Source: Rhodospirillaceae bacterium (GTDB taxonomy: Bacteria; Pseudomonadota; Alphaproteobacteria; Rhodospirillales; Rhodospirillaceae). Taken from it: DNA of 64,000 bases. Position numbers and translations under genes: made by a program. The notes beneath the pieces were generated by a model that worked only from the letters and a program-made list of their open reading frames with translations, was not told where the DNA came from and ran no database searches. Of this stretch, positions 38,101-48,056 are shown piece by piece. Every line of letters begins with the position of its first letter. Positions within the stretch are counted from its first letter, which is position 1. The DNA lies in contig SHVO01000002.1 of the NCBI GenBank assembly GCA_009694245.1, forward strand, positions 1,741 through 65,740, given 5' to 3'.

Positions 38101-38259
38101 GTTACTCTTACGCTGATGCCGCACGCTTTCATTGCTCGCGCGGCCAGCCCCACTTGGCTATCGCCTTGTCGGGCCTGATTGGGGTATTGGATCTGATATC
38201 GTCGCGGCGGTGGATCAAGCAGCGCCAAGCCAAGAATTAATTGGGAACGGACGTCCGCC

Positions 38260-39006
38260 ATGATTGAATTCCTCCTCGATCCCGAGATCTGGGCCGCGCT
38301 GTTCACGCTGACGGTTCTCGAGATCGTGCTCGGTATCGACAATCTGGTTTTCCTCGCCATTATTTCGAATCGACTGCCCGCGCATCAGCGAGCCCTGGCG
38401 CAACGCATTGGCCTGATGGCAGCTCTCGGGCTGCGTGTTGGTCTGCTGTTGACGCTGACCTGGATCACGCAGGCGACGACACCCGTCATGACGATCTCCA
38501 ATTATCCTATCAGTTGGCGCGACCTGATCCTGGGCGTGGGCGGGCTCTATCTGATGTACAAAGGGGTGAAAGAGATTCACGAAGCCGTGGAGGGCGGGGA
38601 CGGCAAGCACGGCGCCAAGCCGCCGTCTTCGTTCGCATCGGTCATCACTCAGATCATGATTCTCGATCTGGTGTTTTCACTGGACTCGATCATCACCGCC
38701 GTCGGAATGACCAACAACCGTCCGGTCATGATTGCCGCTATCGTCATTTCCATTCTTGTCATGATGTTCGCCGCCGGGGCCGTCTCGGGATTCATCAATA
38801 AGCACCCCACAGTCAAGATGCTGGCCCTCTCCTTCTTGATCCTGGTTGGCACGGCGTTGGTCGCTGACGCGGCTCATTTCCACATCCCGCGCGGTTATTT
38901 GTACTTCGCCATCGCTTTCGCCATCGTGCTCGAGAGCCTGAATATGCTCACCGCTCGCGCAAGGAATAGGCACAAAGGCGCGCCCGCCAAAGACACCGGC
39001 CGATGA
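38260..39006 (+). CDS. TerC family integral membrane protein
   Basis: LEIVLGIDNLVFLAI and a second DSIITAVG half-motif are present. The protein is polytopic. Confidence 0.85.
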   Translation: MIEFLLDPEIWAALFTLTVLEIVLGIDNLVFLAIISNRLPAHQRALAQRIGLMAALGLRVGLLLTLTWITQATTPVMTISNYPISWRDLILGVGGLYLMYKGVKEIHEAVEGGDGKHGAKPPSSFASVITQIMILDLVFSLDSIITAVGMTNNRPVMIAAIVISILVMMFAAGAVSGFINKHPTVKMLALSFLILVGTALVADAAHFHIPRGYLYFAIAFAIVLESLNMLTARARNRHKGAPAKDTGR

Positions 39007-39926
39007 TCACCTATTTGGCAAACGCCGAGTTCTGGGCGGCGCTGCTCACCATCATCGGCATCAACGTCGTTCTATCCGGCGACAACGCAGTGGTGATTGC
39101 GCTTGCCTGCCGCGGGCTTTCACCACGGCATCAAAAATGGGGCATCGCACTCGGCTCGGGCGTAGCGGTGGTCTTGAGGATCGTCTTCACCATCTTCATC
39201 GCCTATCTGCTGACGGTTCCGTTCCTGAAGCTGGTTGGGGGCCTGCTGCTATTCTGGATCGGCTACAAGCTGGCGCTCGGCAACGATGCCGCCGACGAGA
39301 TCGATGCCGCGAGCAACATCTGGCAGGCGGTAAAGATTGTCGTCATCGCCGACGTCGTGATGAGCCTCGACAACGTGGTCGCCGTGGCGGCCGCGGCCAA
39401 GGGCGACAAGCTCTTGCTGGTCATCGGCCTGTTGATCAGTATTCCGATGGTGGTCTACGGCGCCACACTCCTGATCAAGCTGATCGAACGCTTTCCGGTG
39501 ATCGTGCCCGGGGGCGCCGCCCTGATCGGTTACATCGGCGGCGAGGTGGCTGTGACCGACCCCATCTCCGAGACCTGGATCGCGGGCCACGCCGCGTGGT
39601 TGACTCATGTTGGACCGCCGCTCGGAGCCATTGCGGTGATCGCCGTCAGCCGAGTCGTCGCGCCTGTTTCCGCACTCACTGCCGAGGTTGTTTCGGAAGA
39701 AGTGGCAGCTGGGGCTGCTTTATTCGCCGGCCGCTCATTGCTGACGCGACTTGCGGCCCTCGTGCTGGCAACGTCTGCCTACGCCTTCGGCGACGCCCCC
39801 ACCATAGAAGGCGAGGGTCTGGCGATGGAGATGTTGCACGGTCTTAAGCCGGTGTTTGCCTCAGTGGTGGCGATCGTGATCGGCGAGGGCATTGGCTGGG
39901 GTGCGCGCCGTATGCGCCGTGCGTAG
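39003..39926 (+). CDS. TerC/YjbE family membrane protein with about 100-aa C-terminal extension
   Basis: LSGDNAVVIALA and SLDNVVAVAAA motifs are present. There is a 4-nt overlap with the preceding TerC gene. Confidence 0.82.
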   Translation: MITYLANAEFWAALLTIIGINVVLSGDNAVVIALACRGLSPRHQKWGIALGSGVAVVLRIVFTIFIAYLLTVPFLKLVGGLLLFWIGYKLALGNDAADEIDAASNIWQAVKIVVIADVVMSLDNVVAVAAAAKGDKLLLVIGLLISIPMVVYGATLLIKLIERFPVIVPGGAALIGYIGGEVAVTDPISETWIAGHAAWLTHVGPPLGAIAVIAVSRVVAPVSALTAEVVSEEVAAGAALFAGRSLLTRLAALVLATSAYAFGDAPTIEGEGLAMEMLHGLKPVFASVVAIVIGEGIGWGARRMRRA

Positions 39927-39942
39927 GCCAAGCCCAAACGTT

Positions 39943-40743
39943 TCATTCCTTGTCGGGCAGGCGACGGGTCAGGATATCGGCCCAAGAGTCGGGCAGCGCC
40001 GCGAGTAACCAAACTGCAAACAGCATCGGCCAGGGAAAGGCGATGCGCCCCTTGTTGGCGGCGATGCCGCTGCGGATGATTTGCGCGGCCTTTTCGGCGC
40101 TCATCAAGAACGGCATCGGGAATGTGTTGACGTCGGTCATGCGGCTGGTGACGAACCCCTGGCAGACCACGCTGACGCCGATGTTGTCGCGTGCCAGCGC
40201 GCACCTGAGACCTTCGCCCCAAATACGGATGGCTGCCTTCGAAGCACAGTAGGCCGGCGCCCCGCCGAAGCCGCGAAACGACGCAAGCGAACTGACAAGC
40301 GCGATCTGGCCTCGCCGCCGCGCCCGAAAGATTTCGACAGCCGGCAGAACGGTGTTGAGCACGCCGTCTAGGTTGACGGCGAAAATGCGCCGCGTCGCGT
40401 CGGCATTCTCCCCCATGCCGCCGGAGATGCCGGCGTTGGCGATCACCAGGTCCAGCGCTGTGGCCTGATCGCGCGCGGCAATCCAAGCCGCCATGGCCGA
40501 ACGGTCGGTGACGTCGAGCACCGATGCGTCAACGCGCGCGCCGCGCGCGCGGCAGGCTTGCGCCACCGCGGCGAGGCGCGAGGAATCGCGGCCGGAAAGG
40601 CTCAAAGTGACACCGGATGCCGCGTAAGCCACGGCCAAAGACCCGCCGATGCCCGACGAGGCGCCGGTAACAAGGATGTGTTTAAATTCGCCGGATGCCG
40701 ATGCCATGGCGACTAGCATGGCTGTCCGGCACTCGTGAATCAA
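39943..40743 (-). CDS. SDR family oxidoreductase
   Basis: ILVTGASSGIGGSLA and YCASKAA are present. The start is uncertain, with Met candidates at codons 1, 9 and 13. Confidence 0.82.
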   Translation of the reverse strand: MIHECRTAMLVAMASASGEFKHILVTGASSGIGGSLAVAYAASGVTLSLSGRDSSRLAAVAQACRARGARVDASVLDVTDRSAMAAWIAARDQATALDLVIANAGISGGMGENADATRRIFAVNLDGVLNTVLPAVEIFRARRRGQIALVSSLASFRGFGGAPAYCASKAAIRIWGEGLRCALARDNIGVSVVCQGFVTSRMTDVNTFPMPFLMSAEKAAQIIRSGIAANKGRIAFPWPMLFAVWLLAALPDSWADILTRRLPDKE

Positions 40744-40868
40744 TATCGGTGCCGTTGTCGTCCGTCACGGGGGCGCGATCGTCCGTTAAGCTATGAAAAA
40801 CCCCTGGCGCCCGATATAACCATGCCTTGGGGTGGATTTAACCGCTTGCGGAATTGGGACGATCTCTC

Positions 40869-41792
40869 GTGAATGCCGCCGCGCTTACCAGCATGACCGG
40901 CTTTGCCCGCGCCGAAGGGCGTTTCGACGGGAAAGCTCCGTTCGCTTGGGCGTGGGAGGCCAAGAGCGTCAACGGCAAGAATCTCGACGTTCGTGTTCGC
41001 GTGCCTCATGGCTTTGATTCGGTCGAATTGCCGGCGCGTCAGGCCGCGGCCGAGGCCTTAACCCGCGGCACCCTCAATCTGTCCCTGACCGTGACATCGG
41101 ATACCGCCAGTGTCGGGAGCGGCATCGATGAAGCCGTTCTGGATGCGCTTATCGATCTGGTCAGGCGCAAGACCTCGCAACACGGCACGCAAGTCTTCGG
41201 CAACTGCGTCGAGCTTCCACGGCTTGATGGCCTCATGGCTTTGGCCCGGGGTCGGCCGGCTCCGGAAATTCTCGACGCCGACACTATTGCCGCGCGCGAT
41301 TTGACCGTGATTACGGGACTGAAAACCGCGCTTGCCGCCCTGCGATCAGCGCGTCGTCAGGAAGGAGATTGCCTCGCGCCGGTCATTACAGGGCATCTAG
41401 ACCTGATAGCCGCACTCTGCACCGAGGCCGGCGCCTTGGCGGCAACGCAGCCCGCGGCACTGAAGGCCCGTTTACTGCAGCAGGTGCAGGAGCTGGCCGG
41501 CGCCGTCCCCGCGCTGACGGCCGAACGGCTGGCACAAGAGGCCGCGCTTTTGGCCGTGAAATCCGACATTCGCGAAGAGCTCGATCGCCTGGCGGCGCAC
41601 CTCGGGCAGGCTCGTGACCTCGTTTCAAAGGGCGAACCTTGCGGCCGCCGGCTTGACTTCCTGTCACAAGAATTTAATCGCGAAGCGAACACACTGTGTT
41701 CAAAATCTGCGGATGTGGCGCTTACCCGCATCGGCATCGCCTTAAAAACAACGATTGATCAGTTTCGTGAGCAGATTCAGAATATAGAATAG
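40869..41792 (+). CDS. yicC: YicC family stress-induced protein
   Basis: LTSMTGFARAEG N-terminus and the C-terminal DFLSQEFNREANTLCSKS motif are present. The start is GTG 40869; TTG 40854 is also possible. Confidence 0.88.
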   Translation: MNAAALTSMTGFARAEGRFDGKAPFAWAWEAKSVNGKNLDVRVRVPHGFDSVELPARQAAAEALTRGTLNLSLTVTSDTASVGSGIDEAVLDALIDLVRRKTSQHGTQVFGNCVELPRLDGLMALARGRPAPEILDADTIAARDLTVITGLKTALAALRSARRQEGDCLAPVITGHLDLIAALCTEAGALAATQPAALKARLLQQVQELAGAVPALTAERLAQEAALLAVKSDIREELDRLAAHLGQARDLVSKGEPCGRRLDFLSQEFNREANTLCSKSADVALTRIGIALKTTIDQFREQIQNIE

Positions 41793-41850
41793 GGACCGGC
41801 GCTCTGGCGGACTCTATCGGGATGCGCCGGTGGCAAGGTTCGAGGGTCAC

Positions 41851-42489
41851 ATGGACAAACTGAAAGTTCAAAGACGCGGCCTGATGCTGGTGTTGTCGTC
41901 GCCCTCGGGCGCGGGCAAGACCACGATTTCGCGCGCGATTTTGCGAGACGATGCTGACTTGGCCATATCAATCTCGGTTACCACGCGCCAGCCGCGCCCA
42001 GGCGAGGTGCCTGGCAAGGACTACCACTTCATTTCCGAAGCTGAATTCAAACGCATGGCTGCGGCCAGAGAACTTCTGGAGCACGCCAAGGTCTTCGACA
42101 ATTACTACGGCACGCCGAAGGTCTACGTTGAATCCAAGCTTGCGGCCGGCAAAGACGTGTTGTTCGACATCGATTGGCAAGGGACACAACAGCTGAAAGA
42201 CAGCGCCCGCGGCGACATCGTCAGCGTTTTCATCTTGCCGCCCTCGATCGGGGAACTGGAGCGGCGCTTGCGCGGCCGCGCTCAGGATACCGAAGAGGTC
42301 ATGCGTACGCGCATGGTGCGCGCCTCCGACGAAATGAGTCACTGGCCGGAATATGAATATATCGTGATCAATCGGGACGTTGACGAGAGCATTGCTCAGG
42401 TCAAGTCCATACTGACGTCGGAACGCCTGCGCCGAGATCGTCAGGTCGGGCTGGCCGACTTCGTCAGGGAGCTACGCAGCCACAGTTAG
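41851..42489 (+). CDS. gmk: Guanylate kinase
   Basis: P-loop SSPSGAGKTT is present. The start is ATG 41851; GTG 41830 is possible. Confidence 0.95.
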   Translation: MDKLKVQRRGLMLVLSSPSGAGKTTISRAILRDDADLAISISVTTRQPRPGEVPGKDYHFISEAEFKRMAAARELLEHAKVFDNYYGTPKVYVESKLAAGKDVLFDIDWQGTQQLKDSARGDIVSVFILPPSIGELERRLRGRAQDTEEVMRTRMVRASDEMSHWPEYEYIVINRDVDESIAQVKSILTSERLRRDRQVGLADFVRELRSHS

Positions 42490-43319
42490 CGTTGCCCGCA
42501 ATCCACCGCGTTCGCCAAGGCGCAAAACTGCTCAATCGACAGCGTCTCGGCGCGCGCGGTCGGATCGACGCCAGTGGTGCGGCATAACCCTTCGGTATCC
42601 GCGGTTACCGCGCGCAGACTCTGCCGCAGCATTTTTCGGCGCTGCCCAAAGGCTGCGGCCGTCACGCGTTCCAGAGCCGCGCGCCGCGCAGCGATGGGGT
42701 TTGTGCGCGGCGTCAGGCGCACGACCGTTGATTGCACCTGGGGCGCGGGCGTGAAAGCGCGCGGGTTGATGTGGAACAGGGTCTCGGTTTCACAAAGCCA
42801 CTGGGCAAGTATGCTGAGCCGACCGTAAGCCCGGGTATCGGCCGGAGCCGTTATGCGCGCAGCGACTTCGGTTTGGAACATGAGCGTGAAAGACTCGAAA
42901 GCGGCAGCGTTTTGCAGCCAGCGAATCAGTAGTTCGGTGCCGATATTATAGGGCAAGTTCGCAACGATCCGCCTCGGGCTATCGCCGAGCGCGGCCGCAT
43001 CGACCGCCAGGGCATCGGCCTCGATGATCTCCAGATGCCCGGGATAGGCCGCGGCGAGTTCGGCTAAAATGCCACGGCAGCGCTCGTCCTTTTCCACGGC
43101 GATAACCTGGGCTCCTTCCGCCAGGAGCGCCCGCGTGAGGCCGCCCGGGCCGGGGCCGATTTCGATGGTCGTTCCGCGCGTTAGATCGCCGGCCGAACGT
43201 GCAATGCGGGCAGTTAAGTTGAGATCCAGGATAAAATGCTGACCTAGCGATTTATTGGCGGTCAATCGGTGACGGGCGATGACCTCGCGCAATGGTGGTA
43301 GGGTATCGGCGGCATTCAT
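42486..43319 (-). CDS. rsmA: 16S rRNA (adenine1518/1519-N6)-dimethyltransferase RsmA/KsgA
   Basis: KSLGQHFILD and EIGPGPGGLT are present. The start ATG 43319 overlaps the pdxA stop (ATGA). Confidence 0.94.
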   Translation of the reverse strand: MNAADTLPPLREVIARHRLTANKSLGQHFILDLNLTARIARSAGDLTRGTTIEIGPGPGGLTRALLAEGAQVIAVEKDERCRGILAELAAAYPGHLEIIEADALAVDAAALGDSPRRIVANLPYNIGTELLIRWLQNAAAFESFTLMFQTEVAARITAPADTRAYGRLSILAQWLCETETLFHINPRAFTPAPQVQSTVVRLTPRTNPIAARRAALERVTAAAFGQRRKMLRQSLRAVTADTEGLCRTTGVDPTARAETLSIEQFCALANAVDCGQR

Positions 43320-44353
43320 CTTACGCCGGGACCGGACGCGGCCCGGCGCGCGGCGATAGTCCCGGCGGTGCGAAGCGCGGCGAGAAGGCTGGTCGGATTG
43401 GCGATCCCGGCGGCGGCAATGTCGAAAGCCGTACCATGGTCCGGTGATGTGCGCACGAACGGTAATCCCAAGGTTATGTTGACGCCGCCCTCGAAATCGA
43501 TGGTCTTGAGCGGGATCAAGGCCTGATCGTGATACATGCATAGCGCTGCGTCAAAGCGCCGGCGCGCGGCGGTATGGAACAACGTGTCGGCCGGAAATGG
43601 TCCCTTGGCGTCGACGCCACTCCTTTGCAATGCGGCCACCGCCGGAGCGATGATATTGGATTCCTCGTCGCCCATATCCCCCATTTCGCCGGAGTGGGGA
43701 TTGAGCGCCGCGACCACCAGGCGCGGCCGAGCGATGCCAAAATCGGCCTTAAGTGCCGCGGCAGTGATCGTGCCGCAGCGTACGATCGCTTGCGTGGTCA
43801 GCACGCGCGCGACGTCCCGAATCGCGACGTGGACGGTAACCGGTACGACCCGCAAGTCCTCGACAGCCAGCAGCATCACGCCGTCTACACCGCCCGCCAG
43901 ATGGCCGAGATATTCGGTATGCCCCGGGAAGGTGAAGCCGGCGGCCCGCAGCCCGGCCTTATGGATCGGATTCGTCACGATGCCGGAGGCCGCCCCGGTC
44001 TTCGCCAATGCCACGGCTTGATCGATGGCGCCGATCACGGCATCCGCGGCGGCGGCATTGGGCATGCCGAGCGAGACTGGTGTGAGCAAGGGGCGCAGCA
44101 AAGCCAAGACCGGTAAGGCGCGGCTGAAAACCGCCGCCGCCTCGGCCGGGCTCGCGATCTGCGCCGTCGGGCAAGGAATGCCAAATCGTGCGGCGATCGC
44201 CCCCATTCGGGAGGCGTCGTCGATTGCGAAGAATAGCGGCGTATCGGGGCGGCGGCTGGCCCAGGCTCTCAGCGTGATCTCACCGCCGATGCCGGCGGGA
44301 TCGCCCATGGTTATGGCCAGCGCGGCCGGTCCTGGGGGCGCGTGCGAAGTCAC
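43316..44353 (-). CDS. pdxA: 4-hydroxythreonine-4-phosphate dehydrogenase
   Basis: GHTEYL and SPDHGTAFDIA motifs are present. surA-pdxA-rsmA synteny is present. Confidence 0.94.
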   Translation of the reverse strand: MTSHAPPGPAALAITMGDPAGIGGEITLRAWASRRPDTPLFFAIDDASRMGAIAARFGIPCPTAQIASPAEAAAVFSRALPVLALLRPLLTPVSLGMPNAAAADAVIGAIDQAVALAKTGAASGIVTNPIHKAGLRAAGFTFPGHTEYLGHLAGGVDGVMLLAVEDLRVVPVTVHVAIRDVARVLTTQAIVRCGTITAAALKADFGIARPRLVVAALNPHSGEMGDMGDEESNIIAPAVAALQRSGVDAKGPFPADTLFHTAARRRFDAALCMYHDQALIPLKTIDFEGGVNITLGLPFVRTSPDHGTAFDIAAAGIANPTSLLAALRTAGTIAARRAASGPGVR

Positions 44354-44362
44354 ACCGTGCTC

Positions 44363-45685
44363 TTAAATGCGGATGTCGATCAACGCCTGGCGGCGCAGAT
44401 CCCGAAGCCGCTGGCGTGCCACATTCTGGAGCTTTTCGTTTTCCAGATCCGACATGATTTGCTCGCCGCTCGGCACACCGCTGTCGTCGCGGCGCATACA
44501 GACCTGTAGGAACAGCCGTGCGCCGCCAACTTCAATGGCCGGGCTGGTGCGGCCGGGCGAGAGCGCGAGCACGACGTTAGCAACGACCGGCGGAAGGCTG
44601 CCGACATAAACCGGCGGAATCGGCCCCGAGCCCGGCGTCTCCAATTCGCTGCCCAATTTGTCCATTTCCTCGCAGGTCGTAAAACCGCTGATTGTCTCAC
44701 TCAATTGCGCGAGCCGCTCAGGGGCCAACGCCCGCCCGCCCTGTGTGGGCAGATAGATCTGGTTCAAGGTTACGACTGCCATGCGCGGGTCGGCCGCTCC
44801 GGCGGTCCGCCGTTCGCGCAGCATCACGATGTGATAGCCCACTGACGTGCGCAAAGGATCGGAGATCTGTCCAGGTTCAAGCCGCGCCAGGATGTCGTCG
44901 ATCTCGGCTTCCATTTCACCGCGCACGACCCAGCCAAGATCGCCGCCCAAAACAGCTGTGGGACTCTGGGAAAATTGCTGGGCAAGCGATGGAAACGGCG
45001 TGCCGCCCCGTGCCTGTGTAACTAGGCGATTGGCCATATCGCGCATGACCGGCTCTTGCGCCGGCGAACTTACGGGCAGCGAGATTTCAGCGAGTAGATA
45101 TTCCGCCTTGCCTTGGTTGGCGCGCGCGCGGGCCAGCACAATGTTGACTTCGTCCGGATTGACACTGACTTCGCTTTGCAACGACTGGCGCACGACCTTC
45201 GCCCAACTCAGGTCGGCCTCCACTTGCGTATTGAGCGCGCTCATATCAATGCCTCTGCCGTCCAGCATCGCGCGAAAGCCGCCGGCGGGCATGTTGTTGC
45301 GCTGTTCGATGGATTCCACCGACTGGCGGATTTCAGTTTCCGTAATCTTGATCTTCAGGCGTGCGGCTTCCTGAAGTTTCAAGCGCTCCTCGATGAGGAT
45401 GTCGACAACCTGAGGCACCAGGCGGCGCTGCATATCGGGCGTGTTCTCAAGGCCTGAAGTGGTGATGACCAGGTTCGCCCGCGACTGCACGTCGAACAGT
45501 GTGATGATGTCCTCGTTGATGACCGCGGCGATGGTTATGCCGCCCGGCGCCGGGGTAGCGGGCGCGCTGAGCGATTGGGCGGCCAGCGCGGTGCCGAGGT
45601 CCGAGACCGGCACGGCAGCCGCGCCGCAGATCGCGGTCAGCGCTAACACCAAAGGCCGGAAAAACCGTCTCACCATGATCACCAC
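44363..45685 (-). CDS. surA: SurA-like periplasmic peptidyl-prolyl isomerase / chaperone
   Basis: A signal peptide, a SurA N-domain and a parvulin-like region (GGDLGWV) are present. An alternative ATG start lies at 45676. Confidence 0.85.
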   Translation of the reverse strand: MVIMVRRFFRPLVLALTAICGAAAVPVSDLGTALAAQSLSAPATPAPGGITIAAVINEDIITLFDVQSRANLVITTSGLENTPDMQRRLVPQVVDILIEERLKLQEAARLKIKITETEIRQSVESIEQRNNMPAGGFRAMLDGRGIDMSALNTQVEADLSWAKVVRQSLQSEVSVNPDEVNIVLARARANQGKAEYLLAEISLPVSSPAQEPVMRDMANRLVTQARGGTPFPSLAQQFSQSPTAVLGGDLGWVVRGEMEAEIDDILARLEPGQISDPLRTSVGYHIVMLRERRTAGAADPRMAVVTLNQIYLPTQGGRALAPERLAQLSETISGFTTCEEMDKLGSELETPGSGPIPPVYVGSLPPVVANVVLALSPGRTSPAIEVGGARLFLQVCMRRDDSGVPSGEQIMSDLENEKLQNVARQRLRDLRRQALIDIRI

Positions 45686-45820
45686 AGTTGTAATCCCCGC
45701 CGACCGACCGGCGGGTCCCTAACATACGCGGGAACGTCAGCGAAAACTAGTCGCCGGCGTAGCGAAATAATCAAATTAAATCACCGCTTATCACGGAAAC
45801 CCGAACGCGTCGGCCGTCGC

Positions 45821-48046
45821 CTAACGCTGAGCGCCAACGTCGGCGTTGAACTTGATATCTCCGACCGTCTTTAAATTTATACGGAACAGGACGGCGATGC
45901 CGTTCTTGAAGTCGCGGTCCTGCGTATTGTCCTTAGCGAGGTCGAGGCCGATCACAACGCATTCGTCCTCGTATACGAAACCAATATCGGTGCGGATGCT
46001 GCCGCCGGCCACGCCCAAATTATGCCTGTGACCGAAGGCGACGCTCCAGTTTTGTGAAAACCGGCTCGACAAGGCGACGAGAAGCTCCTCGGTATTCGAA
46101 GGGCTGGAACGTGTTCCCGCGGCTTTGACGAAAAGATAGCCTGTCGTGACGCGCAACAGGGCCGGTCCGATTGCCGCACTCAACTCGCTGCGGCGATTGG
46201 CAATCGTGTCCTTATCCAGCCGAAAACGATATTGCATGGTGACATAGGCATTGGGTGTGAAATCCACATGGCCGACATAGTCCGAAACGTAGTCGCGCAA
46301 TCCCGACGTCGGACTGAAAGTCTGGTCACTGTAAAAGTGATAGACCTGTCCAACCAGAGCCGAAATCGTTCCAATACTTTCGTTAAAGGTCGCCCAGCGG
46401 ACGCCGTAATTGATGCGTGGCCCGGTCTCGACGCGATCGAGCCCTGTAAACCGCTGCATGCTGAACAGATTGGTATGATCGAACTCGAGATCGAGACTGT
46501 CTTCGTTAGGAATCGTGTCCTTGTTCCCGCCTATGGGACTCATCACTCCCATGACGATCGGCTCCAGGAGTTGATGGAACCCGAGGCTGTCGCTGACAAA
46601 TGGCATCCGCCATTCCAGAGAGGCTTCGGGTACGAGCCGCCCGGCGGTCCCGGTGAACACATCGTTGCGGCCGGGGCGCGGTAGATCGCGGACATAGTAG
46701 CCGTCCCCCCGCAGGCCCGCGCGCAATGTGTGAACGCCTCCGTAGGGGGCGGTATAAGGCAGGCTCCAGCTGACGCGCGTCGAAAGGCGACTCGTGTCAC
46801 TGCCTGTTGGCCGCGCCAGGACGAGGCCGCTGGCGTCGATATTCCAACGCCCGCCGATCGCGTCAGGGTCACTGATATAACTGTAGCTCAAAAGCGGAAA
46901 AATGCCGGGCACCGATCCCGCCGCGGTGGCCACACGCTGGCGCTGGAAATAGTAGGCGTTGGCCGAGAAATAACTGTTGCTGGTGAAGCGTTCGGCAAAA
47001 ACGTTGCTGGTCAACCAGGTTGGCGCAAGGAAATTATAGCGGCGCAGGTAGGTGCGGTCCGACGCCAGGCGGATATCGGCGCCGCTTCGCCAATTTTCGT
47101 CGATGTCCCAGCGCGCGGTTGCATCCAAATGTCCGCGCAGGTCGTTGGCGAAGCCAGGGTCATCCGCCATTAAGCTGCCGAAAACGCGCAGCCGCGCCGC
47201 GCCAAACTCCTGGCGGTATTCGGCGATCGTACCTTTGCCCGCTGCGCTGGTTACAAACGGCGTCAACGTGGCGTCGCGGTCCGGCGCGAGGCGGATATAG
47301 TAGGGCTGCTGAAACGAAACGCCCAGGTTGCGGCTGGCGCCGATTGTCGGCAGCAGCAGGCCGGTCTTAGCGCCTGCGGTCGGGTCGGGGTGGGCGAGGT
47401 AGGGCGTGTAAAACACCGGCACGCCGCCAAACTCAAGCCATGCATTATTGTAGTAGACCATCTCGGCTTGCTGATCGTAGCGCACGCTGCCGGCCTTGAT
47501 TTGCCACAGGGGCTCCTTGCCGTTGCAGCTGTCGCAGGCCGAATACACAGCATTGTAGAGCTCGCTGGTGCCATCGGGCCGACGGCGGTAGGAGCGGCTA
47601 GCCATGCGCGACTTATCGGACATCAGCACGCGCACTTCCTCGGCGAGGCCTTCCTTGAGGTCACCGGTCACCTGTATTGATTCGAAAAAAAACGCTGTGC
47701 CCTCGTCGTCGACGACCGAAACATTGCCCGTGGCGGTGGCCACATTGGTCGTGCGGTCGTAGACGATCCGGTCCGCGAGGAGCACGCGGTTGCCGCGTTG
47801 AATCTCGACGTAGCCCGAGGCGGTAATGGTATTAGTGGCGTCGTCATAGCTAACCTCATCTGCTTGCAGCAGCGTCTCCTGGTCCAAAGCCGTTGTCGGC
47901 TCGGCTTCGACGAAGGCGGCATAAGCGCTCCGACCCGATGCCATTCCCAAGGGCGCGCTCAGCACTGTCCAAAGGGCCGCAGCTAGCGCGAGACGCGCTC
48001 TCGGCTGAACGCGCCGGCGTGACGGAAGGGAAGATCGGCGGATCAT
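45821..48046 (-). CDS. lptD: LPS-assembly outer membrane protein LptD
   Basis: About 740 aa, with an OstA-like N-domain and a beta-barrel ending in an aromatic residue. The start is set at ATG 48046, 10 nt after the upstream permease stop; the tracked ORF reaches 48076. Confidence 0.92.
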   Translation of the reverse strand: MIRRSSLPSRRRVQPRARLALAAALWTVLSAPLGMASGRSAYAAFVEAEPTTALDQETLLQADEVSYDDATNTITASGYVEIQRGNRVLLADRIVYDRTTNVATATGNVSVVDDEGTAFFFESIQVTGDLKEGLAEEVRVLMSDKSRMASRSYRRRPDGTSELYNAVYSACDSCNGKEPLWQIKAGSVRYDQQAEMVYYNNAWLEFGGVPVFYTPYLAHPDPTAGAKTGLLLPTIGASRNLGVSFQQPYYIRLAPDRDATLTPFVTSAAGKGTIAEYRQEFGAARLRVFGSLMADDPGFANDLRGHLDATARWDIDENWRSGADIRLASDRTYLRRYNFLAPTWLTSNVFAERFTSNSYFSANAYYFQRQRVATAAGSVPGIFPLLSYSYISDPDAIGGRWNIDASGLVLARPTGSDTSRLSTRVSWSLPYTAPYGGVHTLRAGLRGDGYYVRDLPRPGRNDVFTGTAGRLVPEASLEWRMPFVSDSLGFHQLLEPIVMGVMSPIGGNKDTIPNEDSLDLEFDHTNLFSMQRFTGLDRVETGPRINYGVRWATFNESIGTISALVGQVYHFYSDQTFSPTSGLRDYVSDYVGHVDFTPNAYVTMQYRFRLDKDTIANRRSELSAAIGPALLRVTTGYLFVKAAGTRSSPSNTEELLVALSSRFSQNWSVAFGHRHNLGVAGGSIRTDIGFVYEDECVVIGLDLAKDNTQDRDFKNGIAVLFRINLKTVGDIKFNADVGAQR

Positions 48047-48056
48047 GAACTGGGTA

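Noticed and set aside
38101-38259. Possible yybP-ykoY (Mn) riboswitch upstream of the TerC-family genes
   Set aside because: I looked for the conserved GGGGAGUAG-type 5' element and the matching 3' half and did not find them. Only an unremarkable GC-rich spacer is present.
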